Source: Acutalibacteraceae bacterium
GTDB lineage: Bacteria; Bacillota; Clostridia; Oscillospirales; Acutalibacteraceae
Length of the DNA stretch: 64,000 nucleotides
NCBI GenBank assembly: GCA_045533835.1
Contig: JAZSIM010000014.1
Location: forward strand, 20,874-84,873
Reading direction: 5' to 3'
Under the pieces are notes generated by a model. That model saw only the letters and a program-made list of their open reading frames with translations. It did not search any database and was not told the origin of the DNA. The position numbers and the translations under genes are program-made. This document shows positions 43,406-51,683 of the stretch, piece after piece. Numbering within the stretch: position 1 is the first letter of the stretch; every line of letters begins with the position of its first letter.

Positions 43406-43438
43406 GGGATGTGTATGCAAATACATATCCCGTTTTTT
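43406..43438 (+). terminator. Terminator hairpin, copy 3 of 3
   Basis: GGGATGTGTAT-GCAA-ATACATATCCC followed by GTTTTTT. Confidence 0.6.
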
Positions 43439-43448
43439 CTTTTTCAGC

Positions 43449-44888
43449 TTATTTCTTATTTACAAACTGTGCGGCAGCATATCTTGAATGAACATCCAGC
43501 TTGCGATAAATCTTTTTTGTATAGTCGTTTACCGTATGCTCCGAAATAAACAGGGCCTTTGCAATTTCCGAATTGCTGTAGCCGCAGCCTATAAGGTCAA
43601 GCACCTCAAGCTCTCTTTTTGTAAGTGTTTTAATCATATCGTTAATACCTTCATTCTCTGCCGCTTCTGTAAACTCTGCTTCGTCGGAACAGACAACAGC
43701 CTCCTGTATTTCTGAGCTTTCCTTCACCGTATCAGTATCGGGTATTTTTCTTTTGAATGCATACATAAAGTACGGCTCAATCTGTAAATAGATAATTACA
43801 AGAATTACCATTATAATGCCGTAGGTAAGATTCAGCATTGAAGGAATATCGCGGAAGACTTCAACCATTGTGCTCTGGACAAGCACCGCAACAAGTGCAA
43901 GACCGATAGTTACCGGAGTGAGGTATTTTGACGGGTATGATTTCATCATCATAACACAGTAAAGGGGAATCATCTGGCATGGAACCATACCGATACCGAT
44001 AAGAACACAGGATACATAAGAAAGCGCAGGTATATAGGCTGCCGCGTACATCAGGAGAAAGCCTACTCCTCCAAGAGCCATTGAAACGGAAATTGAACGG
44101 AAGGGATGCACGTTCAGTTTCTTATAAAGCACATAAATAAGTATTGATACGGCGGCATCCGTAAGATATGTAATAAATACACCGTGAGACACTTCTCCGG
44201 AAATTGAAGGACCGGAAACCGCCATAAGCGCAGATATGAAAATAAGAATGTATGTGCCGCAAAGCAGCTTTTTAGGTGCGGTAAAATTATCTTTTTTTCT
44301 GACATATTCCGGAAAGCTGTCCTTGGTTGCCGGCATACTGAAATAGAATACAAGAAGAAAAATAAGTGCGAACACGGTAACAATACGGAAAAAGGGGAAG
44401 GATATGGGAAGAAAATCGTTCTGCACGGCGGAAATCAGAAGCAGAGATACGCCGTATGCTACCGTAAGGTGTCTTATTGCCGCTTTCTCCGAAAAGAAAT
44501 TCACCATAAGAAAGGACTCAAAGCCAATCATTGTACAGCAGATGAATATGTGGGCATATATAAGAAGTCTCAGTATAGCTTCTTCAAGAGGAAGGAATAA
44601 GCAGAAAATTGTTACAAGGGCGGCTATGGTGCAGATTCTTCCTGCAATAACCACTTTTTTTGGCAGTACGAGCATAAACAGAATTGAAACGACGTATGCT
44701 GCTGCTATAAGCGTTGCAATATTATCCATCGATATAGGGAGCGGAGTTCTTCCGTCAATGTTAAGTGCCGGCCCCATAAAGTATATAAATCCCATTTGCC
44801 AGAAGCAGAACATAGAAAAACACAGCAGCTGCCACAGCGGCGGGTCAAGTCTTTTCTGTTGATTTCTTAATAATAGTGAATTGCTCAT
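43449..44888 (-). CDS. Membrane-embedded LuxR-family regulator (about 10-12 TM helices plus a C-terminal GerE/LuxR HTH)
   Basis: C-terminal LTKRELEVLDLIGCGYSNSEIAKALFISEHTVNDYTKKIYRKLDVHSR. The N-terminal 390 aa are strongly hydrophobic. Confidence 0.8.
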   Translation of the reverse strand: MSNSLLLRNQQKRLDPPLWQLLCFSMFCFWQMGFIYFMGPALNIDGRTPLPISMDNIATLIAAAYVVSILFMLVLPKKVVIAGRICTIAALVTIFCLFLPLEEAILRLLIYAHIFICCTMIGFESFLMVNFFSEKAAIRHLTVAYGVSLLLISAVQNDFLPISFPFFRIVTVFALIFLLVFYFSMPATKDSFPEYVRKKDNFTAPKKLLCGTYILIFISALMAVSGPSISGEVSHGVFITYLTDAAVSILIYVLYKKLNVHPFRSISVSMALGGVGFLLMYAAAYIPALSYVSCVLIGIGMVPCQMIPLYCVMMMKSYPSKYLTPVTIGLALVAVLVQSTMVEVFRDIPSMLNLTYGIIMVILVIIYLQIEPYFMYAFKRKIPDTDTVKESSEIQEAVVCSDEAEFTEAAENEGINDMIKTLTKRELEVLDLIGCGYSNSEIAKALFISEHTVNDYTKKIYRKLDVHSRYAAAQFVNKK

Positions 44889-45140
44889 AATTTTTCTCTC
44901 TTTTCTTATAAAAAAACTGCAAATTTGGGTAGTAAACCTAAAAACCCCTTGAATAAGGGATAGAAAACTCCCGCTTTTTTTTGATATAATCCGGGTGTAA
45001 ACAGCATTTTATTGTTTACCTGTTGTCTGTCTTACTTTTTCATTATAACAAAGAAAAAGTAAAAGTTCAATCTCGATTGAGTTTTCCTACCAGTTTGAAC
45101 AGAAAAACTACCCATATTGACTAAAAAAGGAGTGATGCCG

Positions 45141-45419
45141 ATGAACAGAGTAACTGACGAAAAGACACATTTTTTTGACTATATGGAGCTTTTGAGCCGG
45201 GAATTCAAAATACTGAAGGAAAAATATCCGGAGCTTGGTGAATTATCCCACAGAGAGCTGGAAGTATTTCTGCTGCTTATGTCAGATAAAACACAGAAAC
45301 AGATAGCCGAGGAACTGTTTGTTTCAGCCTCTGCCATTCATTTTCATACAAAAAATATCTATAAAAAGCTGAGTATATCCGGCAGAAAGCAGCTCCTTAT
45401 TAAGTACAGTAATATTTGA
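45141..45419 (+). CDS. Small LuxR/GerE-family HTH protein (92 aa)
   Basis: LSHRELEVFLLLMSDKTQKQIAEELFVSASAIHFHTKNIYKKLSISGRKQL. The start MNRVTDEK lies 8 nt after AAGGAG. Confidence 0.7.
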   Translation: MNRVTDEKTHFFDYMELLSREFKILKEKYPELGELSHRELEVFLLLMSDKTQKQIAEELFVSASAIHFHTKNIYKKLSISGRKQLLIKYSNI

Positions 45420-45433
45420 AGGAGGTTTTTATA

Positions 45434-46282
45434 ATGGGATTTCTTGAACGTGCAATAAGGCGCGGTATCAGCGAGGGCATCGGGAAAGCAGTCGGTAATG
45501 CAATAAATCAGGCAATTGAACCGAAAGCCTCCGAGCTTATTAACCGTGCAGCTAACCAGCTTGACAATGCGGCAGGGAATACGCAGGCAAGAAATGAGAG
45601 TTATTCCGATGTTCAGACTGCATTTTCGGGCTTTGAAAAGGCGGCACAGAGCTTTGTTACCAAACAGGCAGAGAATCTGAAAATATGCTCTCATTGCGGA
45701 GAGTCCGCTGCTGCCTCACAGAAATTTTGTCAGAGCTGCGGAAACGCTTTGCCTGAGATGACTGTAGCAGATGCTGCGGTGTGTCCCGCCTGCGGTAAGC
45801 AGAATACCATCGGTACAAAATTCTGTACGGATTGCGGAACTAAGCTTCCGTCAGCCGTAATGGAGGAAGAGGCTCACAGGAGAGAGCTTGCAGAGATTTC
45901 TGCACAATGGCAGGAAAAATTGCCACAGTATCCCGAGTGGAGTTTCGGCGGAGAAAATCTTTATATAGATGAATATGACGGATATATTGTTTTCGGTGCC
46001 GATTTCAGAAATAATGCCGGTGCTGCAAGAAATGCCTTTGAGCAGTACCGCAGTATGGCAAAGCAGAACGGCTTCAGACCTGCAGGTCAGTACCCCACAG
46101 ATGACCATTTATATAAAATGACAGGCTCCGTTTGTTATCATATTGATTTTGAGCATAGCTTTGAAAGCGGAAGCTGTCAGGTGTCTTTGGGATTTATGAC
46201 AGGTGAACCCACAGGCGGCTTCAATTACGTAAAGCCTGAGCAAAAAAAGCCCGTAGGGCTTAAAGACATATTTAAATTTTGA
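45434..46282 (+). CDS. Double zinc-ribbon protein, hypothetical
   Basis: CSHCGESAAASQKFCQSCGNAL and CPACGKQNTIGTKFCTDCGTKL. The RBS GAAGGAGG is present. The C-terminal half is unassigned. Confidence 0.7.
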   Translation: MGFLERAIRRGISEGIGKAVGNAINQAIEPKASELINRAANQLDNAAGNTQARNESYSDVQTAFSGFEKAAQSFVTKQAENLKICSHCGESAAASQKFCQSCGNALPEMTVADAAVCPACGKQNTIGTKFCTDCGTKLPSAVMEEEAHRRELAEISAQWQEKLPQYPEWSFGGENLYIDEYDGYIVFGADFRNNAGAARNAFEQYRSMAKQNGFRPAGQYPTDDHLYKMTGSVCYHIDFEHSFESGSCQVSLGFMTGEPTGGFNYVKPEQKKPVGLKDIFKF

Positions 46283-46306
46283 TTTTATCTGAAGGAGGGA
46301 ACGACA

Positions 46307-46804
46307 ATGACTTACTGTTCAAAATGTTCAACTACACTTGAAGACGGATTGAAATTCTGCCCGAATTGCGGTGCGGCGGTGGTGGTAAAGGTTAATGAAC
46401 CTGCCGAAGCTGAAGAGACAAAAAATGCTCAAAACGGCTTTGAAACTGCAGTTTCAGAAAAAATCAGTCACTTAAACGACACAAAGGATGATACGGACAG
46501 CTTTGATAAGGCTGATATCGAAAAAAATAAGGTAATGGCAGTTCTTGCATACATTATATTCCTGATTCCTCTTTTTGCGGCAAAGGATTCACCCTTTGCA
46601 AGATTCCACACAAATCAGGGATTGCTTCTTGTTATTGCCGTTGTAATTTTATCTGTCATTGCTGCAATTCCCGTCATCGGTTGGATAATTGCTCCCGTTA
46701 TCGGTATTGCTGTAACCGTGCTTGCAGTTATCGGCATATTGAATGCTCTTAACGGCAAAGCAAAAGAGCTTCCCTTAATAGGAAAATTCAGGATTCTTAA
46801 GTGA
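46307..46804 (+). CDS. Zinc-ribbon protein with a C-terminal DUF4870-like membrane domain
   Basis: MTYCSKCSTTLEDGLKFCPNCGAAV, followed by KVMAVLAYIIFLIPLFAAKDSPFARFHTNQGLLL and further TM segments. Confidence 0.72.
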   Translation: MTYCSKCSTTLEDGLKFCPNCGAAVVVKVNEPAEAEETKNAQNGFETAVSEKISHLNDTKDDTDSFDKADIEKNKVMAVLAYIIFLIPLFAAKDSPFARFHTNQGLLLVIAVVILSVIAAIPVIGWIIAPVIGIAVTVLAVIGILNALNGKAKELPLIGKFRILK

Positions 46805-46841
46805 GGCTCCTCATTAGTTTTAAGAAAGGAAAAAACAGATT

Positions 46842-49502
46842 ATGAAAAAGACTCTATTGGTAATATTTTCCGTTTTAATGCTTATTGCCGTGCTTGCGGT
46901 GTCGTCATCGGCTTATACCGTTGACAGTGAAACGAGCTTGCCCATACCCACTGAAGCCCCCGAAATATATTATATCTCGAATGATGCCCGAGATGACGGA
47001 GATCGGGTATTTGCATACTATATCAATTCCGAAGAAATTATAAATATGCAAAGGGAAATTGATGTGCTGGGTGAAGAAGCATATCTTAAAAAATACGGCT
47101 TCAATATAAGCACTGAGGAAGATTCATGGGATTCTGCAAGCATTAGTTTTTATGTTCAGTTTGCTTATTCCTTTGATAATGTGAACTGGATAAACGACAG
47201 CGATTATGCGGATTACGACGATACCAACTGGCTTCCCACCAGTATATATGATTACGACAGCTCAAAGTATACATATTATGGTCTGCCTAATGCAGACGAT
47301 ACATACTATTGGTTTGAATATAAACAGATTTTTAATCTTGCAACATTTTACGAGTGGAATTTCAGCAACCATGCACAGCTTGCTTCAAATATGACTCAGG
47401 GAAGAGCCTTCAGAACAAATGTAAATGATGAGGATACAGGCTACAGCGTAAACTTCAACAATGAAACTCTTTATGTTAAAGCCAGGTACCGTCTGTGGTA
47501 TTATACCCGCGTTGGCGGAGTTGGAAGCTACCACGTATTTTATTCTCCCTGGTCTGAAACTGTTTCCTACAACAATACCTCCAAGGGGCTTACCTATGAA
47601 ATGCCTGCTGAAGGAAATATCAATGAAGCTCCCGCATTAAAGCATATCAGAACAAGAAAATCAGGTGATTCATCATATTATCTTGTATCAATAGATTATC
47701 CCGACACATTAAAAAGAGCCGGTGCAGCCGCTGATGCTGCTTACCATAATTATGATGATGAGTATGATATTTTCCTTGATGATAATTACTACTGGGACAG
47801 AAATGTACAGTATGAATTCAGGGTGAATGACGGTCAGTGGTATGAATATACAACCACGTGGCCCGGTAATTCTGATTATGAATTTACTAATTATTTGATA
47901 TCCGAATTCTTTGAGGATGAAGGAATTGCCTACGAGCAGGGTGACACCGTTTATCTTCGTGCAAGAGTTATTATCGGTGATTTTGATTACGGTGACTACG
48001 GTAAGGTGCCGGGTGATGAGTGCTATTGGGTATCGCAGTATTCAGAGCCCATTGTAATTCCTCTTGACGGTTATTACAGAATTAATTATGACCTTAACTA
48101 CGGCGAATTTGATTACAATGCCGAAATTTTAAGACAGTTTACCGAAGAATCAACCGTAGTTATTGACCTTACAAGTGCCGATTATACTCCCACCCGTTAC
48201 GGCTATAAATTTGAGGGTTGGTACACAACCGAGGATTTCGCAGAGGGAACCAAGATAACAAGCATTGATACATCTGCTGAAACAAACCACAGAGTTTATG
48301 CAAAATGGTCTGCAACGGAATATAACATAACCTATGTTCCCGGTACTAAGAGATATGTATATAATTACAATCCTTCCCTTGTAACAACCTATATGGATAA
48401 CGAGGTGCTTGAAGACCCCTCCTGCTCGGGACTTACCTTCCTCGGCTGGTATACAACAGCTGATTTTAAGGCAGGAACCGAAATTACGGAAATAAAGTGC
48501 TCAGAGCTTACAGGCGACATTACATTATATATGAAGTGGAACATTCCCACATATACCATTACTTATGTATTGAACGGCGGAACGAATGCCCCTGAAAATC
48601 CCACAAGCTTTACTGTTGATATTGAGGATGAAGATGATTATATCAACATAAAGGCACCCACAATGAAGGGTATGATTTTTGACGGCTGGTATTATTATGA
48701 AGATTTCTCAAGCGCACTTACAAAAACCGAAAACGGCTACAATATGCACCGCTACGGACATAATATCACCCTTTATGCAAAATGGATTAAGGCAAGATAT
48801 GACATAACATACGTTCAGCCTGCGGCTCAGAAGAATGTATCTAACCCCAATCCCTCACAGTATACATACGGTGATACGGTGAAGCTTCAGGCTTTATCAG
48901 ACACGGGTTATACCTTCGGCGGATGGTTCACCGATGCCGCATTTACCAAAAAGGCTGCCGATATTACCGCAACGGATGAGGGCGCAAGAACCTTCTATGC
49001 AAAGTGGACAGAAAATGTTTACAATATAGTTTATGTTCACGATACAATTGCCGCACTTACTCCTCCTGCAAATAAAATCAATAACAGCAATCCCGCTACA
49101 AGAAAATATACTCAGAAGGTAACTCTTACCGCACCCTACACGGGAGACGGCATATTTGAATTCATGGGCTGGTATAATAACGTTAATTTCCAGGGCAATG
49201 CCGTAACCGAAATTGCAGCAAACAAGGCTGAGCATACAACCCTTTATGCAAAATGGTTTGTATATCAGTGGGGTGACATTAATCTTGACGGTACAGTTTC
49301 CGCTGCTGATGCAAGACTTGCCCTGAGACATTCCGTAGGTCTTGAAAAAATTGAAGGCAAGGGATTCTATTGGGGAGATATCACTTACAGCGATAATGCA
49401 ATCTCAGCATCCGATGCAAGACTGATTTTAAGAATGTCTGTAGGCTTTGATTCTGCAGAATCCCTGCAGCTTCCCGAAATTCCGCCGGCACTAAAAAAAT
49501 AA
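46842..49502 (+). CDS. Cell-surface protein: signal peptide, unknown N-terminal region of about 400 aa, Listeria-Bacteroides (Flg_new) repeats, C-terminal type I dockerin
   Basis: The repeated pattern GYKFEGWYTTEDFAEGTKITSI / LTFLGWYTTADFKAGTEI / MIFDGWYYYEDF / YTFGGWFTDAAFTKK / FEFMGWYNNVNFQG is present. The dockerin reads GDINLDGTVSAADARLALRHSVG...GDITYSDNAISASDARLILRMSVG. Confidence 0.85.
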   Translation: MKKTLLVIFSVLMLIAVLAVSSSAYTVDSETSLPIPTEAPEIYYISNDARDDGDRVFAYYINSEEIINMQREIDVLGEEAYLKKYGFNISTEEDSWDSASISFYVQFAYSFDNVNWINDSDYADYDDTNWLPTSIYDYDSSKYTYYGLPNADDTYYWFEYKQIFNLATFYEWNFSNHAQLASNMTQGRAFRTNVNDEDTGYSVNFNNETLYVKARYRLWYYTRVGGVGSYHVFYSPWSETVSYNNTSKGLTYEMPAEGNINEAPALKHIRTRKSGDSSYYLVSIDYPDTLKRAGAAADAAYHNYDDEYDIFLDDNYYWDRNVQYEFRVNDGQWYEYTTTWPGNSDYEFTNYLISEFFEDEGIAYEQGDTVYLRARVIIGDFDYGDYGKVPGDECYWVSQYSEPIVIPLDGYYRINYDLNYGEFDYNAEILRQFTEESTVVIDLTSADYTPTRYGYKFEGWYTTEDFAEGTKITSIDTSAETNHRVYAKWSATEYNITYVPGTKRYVYNYNPSLVTTYMDNEVLEDPSCSGLTFLGWYTTADFKAGTEITEIKCSELTGDITLYMKWNIPTYTITYVLNGGTNAPENPTSFTVDIEDEDDYINIKAPTMKGMIFDGWYYYEDFSSALTKTENGYNMHRYGHNITLYAKWIKARYDITYVQPAAQKNVSNPNPSQYTYGDTVKLQALSDTGYTFGGWFTDAAFTKKAADITATDEGARTFYAKWTENVYNIVYVHDTIAALTPPANKINNSNPATRKYTQKVTLTAPYTGDGIFEFMGWYNNVNFQGNAVTEIAANKAEHTTLYAKWFVYQWGDINLDGTVSAADARLALRHSVGLEKIEGKGFYWGDITYSDNAISASDARLILRMSVGFDSAESLQLPEIPPALKK

Positions 49503-49526
49503 GCTTATAAACCCTTAACTGCAATC

Positions 49527-49566
49527 AAAACCACCGGTTAAATTAATGAACCGGTGGTTTTGGCTT
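49527..49566 (+). terminator. Rho-independent terminator
   Basis: AAAACCACCGGTT-9 nt-AACCGGTGGTTTT followed by GGCTTT. Confidence 0.75.
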
Positions 49567-49631
49567 TATTTCCGGAAATTATCAATCATCAGAAATCAGC
49601 AGAATTGCACATATATATTTATCGGACAAAG

Positions 49632-49661
49632 GTCATATCCCGGGACAAGTGTGCATAGAAT
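49632..49661 (+). promoter_or_regulatory. SigmaE-type (mother-cell) promoter candidate of spoIIIA
   Basis: TCATATC, 14 nt, then CATAGAAT. Compare the B. subtilis sigmaE consensus ZHATAxx-14-CATACAHT as I recall it. It lies about 20 nt upstream of spoIIIAA. Confidence 0.45.
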
Positions 49662-49679
49662 GTGACAGAGGGTGAGAAA

Positions 49680-50660
49680 ATGAACAAGCTTTTAAGTGAC
49701 GTGCTGAAGATTATGCCGTCGGGGCTTAAAACGCCCTTGTCTTTTGCCTTTGAAGATGCGGACGGTATTTATGAGGTAAGGATGATTTGCGGTGAGTCCG
49801 TTTATCTCGTGACGGAAAACGGGACAATGTTTCTTGACGAAAACGGAAATCTGTCACGGTTTTTTCCTCTTAATGCTCTTAAGCCCACAGCTTCCGAGCT
49901 TAGTGAAATAACCGACAGAAGCATAGGATATTCGGGCTTTTTCCGTGAAAACGAGCTTAAAAACGGCTGCATTACATATTCGGACGGCATCAGAATCGGT
50001 CTTTGCGGTGACGCATCTGCAGAAAACGGAGGGATCGGAAAAATCACCTCCCTTAATATCCGTATTCCCTATTTCGGGAAAGCCGATACGGGAACGGATT
50101 TCGGGAAGCTTCTCTCCTTTTCCTCGGGCCTTCTCATAGCAGGGGCTCCGTCAAGCGGAAAAACCACGCTTCTCCGCGGAATTGCAGAATGGCTTTCCCG
50201 TGGTAAGACGGGAGAATATCAGAAGGTCTGTATAATTGACGAAAGAGGGGAGCTGACGGCAGGGAAAAGCCTTGGTCCCTGTGCGGACGCAATAAGGGGT
50301 ATGAAAAAGGCGGATGCAATTTTGCACGCTGTAAGGCTTCTTTCTCCCCGTTATATAATCTGCGATGAAATCGGAGGAACCGAGGAAACAAAAAGCATTC
50401 TTCAGGGGCTCAATTCCGGTGTGTCCTTTATTGCTTCGATTCATGCAGGTGACGTGTCTTCTCTTGTACGCAGACAGCAGTTCAGAATTCTTTTTTCCGA
50501 AAACGTTTTCGATAAGGCGGTATTTCTTTCCTCTTCATCACCGGGAAAAATTACTGCCCATTATTCTTACGGGGAGCTTTTATATGAAATTCGCAGGTCT
50601 TATGAGCCTTTGCACGGCAATAACGCTTTCGGGGCTGTATCTTTCACTTCTTCAGAATAA
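49680..50660 (+). CDS. spoIIIAA: Stage III sporulation protein AA (ATPase)
   Basis: Walker A GAPSSGKTTLLRG is present. It is the first gene of an eight-gene spoIIIA-ordered operon. Confidence 0.85.
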   Translation: MNKLLSDVLKIMPSGLKTPLSFAFEDADGIYEVRMICGESVYLVTENGTMFLDENGNLSRFFPLNALKPTASELSEITDRSIGYSGFFRENELKNGCITYSDGIRIGLCGDASAENGGIGKITSLNIRIPYFGKADTGTDFGKLLSFSSGLLIAGAPSSGKTTLLRGIAEWLSRGKTGEYQKVCIIDERGELTAGKSLGPCADAIRGMKKADAILHAVRLLSPRYIICDEIGGTEETKSILQGLNSGVSFIASIHAGDVSSLVRRQQFRILFSENVFDKAVFLSSSSPGKITAHYSYGELLYEIRRSYEPLHGNNAFGAVSFTSSE

Positions 50661-51090
50661 GAGGCTCCGGCTGTTGAGGGAGCTTTGTGCCTTCTTTGGT
50701 GATATAGGGGAGCTTGCAGGCTCCGGCAGGTCGGATTTTACTGAAATCTTTTCAAGTCTGTCCGAGGCCCGTAAATACAGATATCTTACCTTTATAGATA
50801 CGGTGGCATCCCGTTATGAAAGCGGACAAAACCTTAAGGAGGTCTGGAAGAGTGCCGTGCAGTCCTTTTGCCCCTTTTTTATAAATTCCGAAATAAAGAC
50901 CTTGCTTTTTTCTTTCTCCGACGTTTTCGGCAGATGCACAAGGGAGGGCTTCCTTAAAAGGTGCGGGGAAATTTCTTCACTTGCGGGAAGGCTTCTTTCG
51001 GAAGAGGAAAAGAGGTATGAGAAAAACCGCAGTATGACGGTATATTCGGGGGTGCTTGCAGCCGCTGCCATATTCTTTATTTTCATTTAA
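50584..51090 (+). CDS. spoIIIAB: Stage III sporulation protein AB
   Basis: MKFAGLMSLCTAITLSGLYLSLLQNKRLRLLRELCAFF... follows GGGGAG. At 168 aa, its size and position fit SpoIIIAB. It overlaps spoIIIAA by 77 nt. Confidence 0.7.
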   Translation: MKFAGLMSLCTAITLSGLYLSLLQNKRLRLLRELCAFFGDIGELAGSGRSDFTEIFSSLSEARKYRYLTFIDTVASRYESGQNLKEVWKSAVQSFCPFFINSEIKTLLFSFSDVFGRCTREGFLKRCGEISSLAGRLLSEEEKRYEKNRSMTVYSGVLAAAAIFFIFI

Positions 51091-51093
51091 GGA

Positions 51094-51297
51094 GTGAACG
51101 GTACGGATATAGAAATTATTTTCAAGGTTGCTGCCGTAGGGCTTATTGTTGCGGTGCTCAATCAGGTGCTTACCCGTTCGGGGCGGGATGAGTATACAAT
51201 GATAACCACCCTGGCAGGCCTTGTTATTGTTATTATGATGGTGCTTCCGTATGTGGGAACAATGTTTTCTTATGTCAGGAGTGTGTTTGACCTTTGA
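51094..51297 (+). CDS. spoIIIAC: Stage III sporulation protein AC
   Basis: DIEIIFKVAAVGLIVAVLNQVLTRSGRDEY... The GTG start is uncertain. Confidence 0.8.
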   Translation: MNGTDIEIIFKVAAVGLIVAVLNQVLTRSGRDEYTMITTLAGLVIVIMMVLPYVGTMFSYVRSVFDL

Positions 51298-51683
51298 TGG
51301 TTAAAATTGCGGGAATTGTGCTGACGGAGCTTCTGGTATATGCGCTCTTAAGACAGTATAAGCCCGAGCTTGCCGTGTTTTCGGGGCTCGGTGCAGCTGC
51401 GGTGCTGATATTTGCCATAGGGGATGAATTGCGGGATACTCTCGGCTTCTTTGACAGTCTGTTTTCCTCAGGCGGTGCCTCCTCTCTTTACGTGAGTGTG
51501 CTTATAAGGGTGCTCGGTATCACTCTTATCACTCAGGTGCTTTCGGATATGTGCCGTGACAGCGGTGATTCAGCTGCCGCAACAAAGCTTGAATTTGCAG
51601 GAAAGGTAATAATAACGGCAGTAAGCCTTCCCGTTATAAAGGGCTTCGTGTCGTATGTGGCGGGATTGGTAAACGGTGTATGA
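51297..51683 (+). CDS. spoIIIAD: Stage III sporulation protein AD
   Basis: MVKIAGIVLTELLVYALLRQYKPELAVF... There is a TGATG overlap with spoIIIAC. Confidence 0.85.
   Translation: MVKIAGIVLTELLVYALLRQYKPELAVFSGLGAAAVLIFAIGDELRDTLGFFDSLFSSGGASSLYVSVLIRVLGITLITQVLSDMCRDSGDSAAATKLEFAGKVIITAVSLPVIKGFVSYVAGLVNGV

Noticed and set aside
42698-43426. Hydrophobic repeat-containing minus-strand ORFs (141, 122 and 86 aa) lie opposite repeat protein 2.
   Set aside because: They are the antisense reading of the periodic A/T-rich repeat DNA. Their periodicity simply mirrors the sense-strand repeats, and the sense genes have strong RBS and start contexts.
40640-46804. The WYL/LuxR accessory stretch could be a recognisable phage-defence or toxin-antitoxin system.
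   Set aside because: By eye I could find no nuclease, helicase/ATPase, methyltransferase, protease, TIR/SIR2, reverse transcriptase or toxin motifs. Only regulators, repeat proteins and zinc-ribbon/membrane proteins are present, so I report it as a system of unknown function rather than as a defence system.
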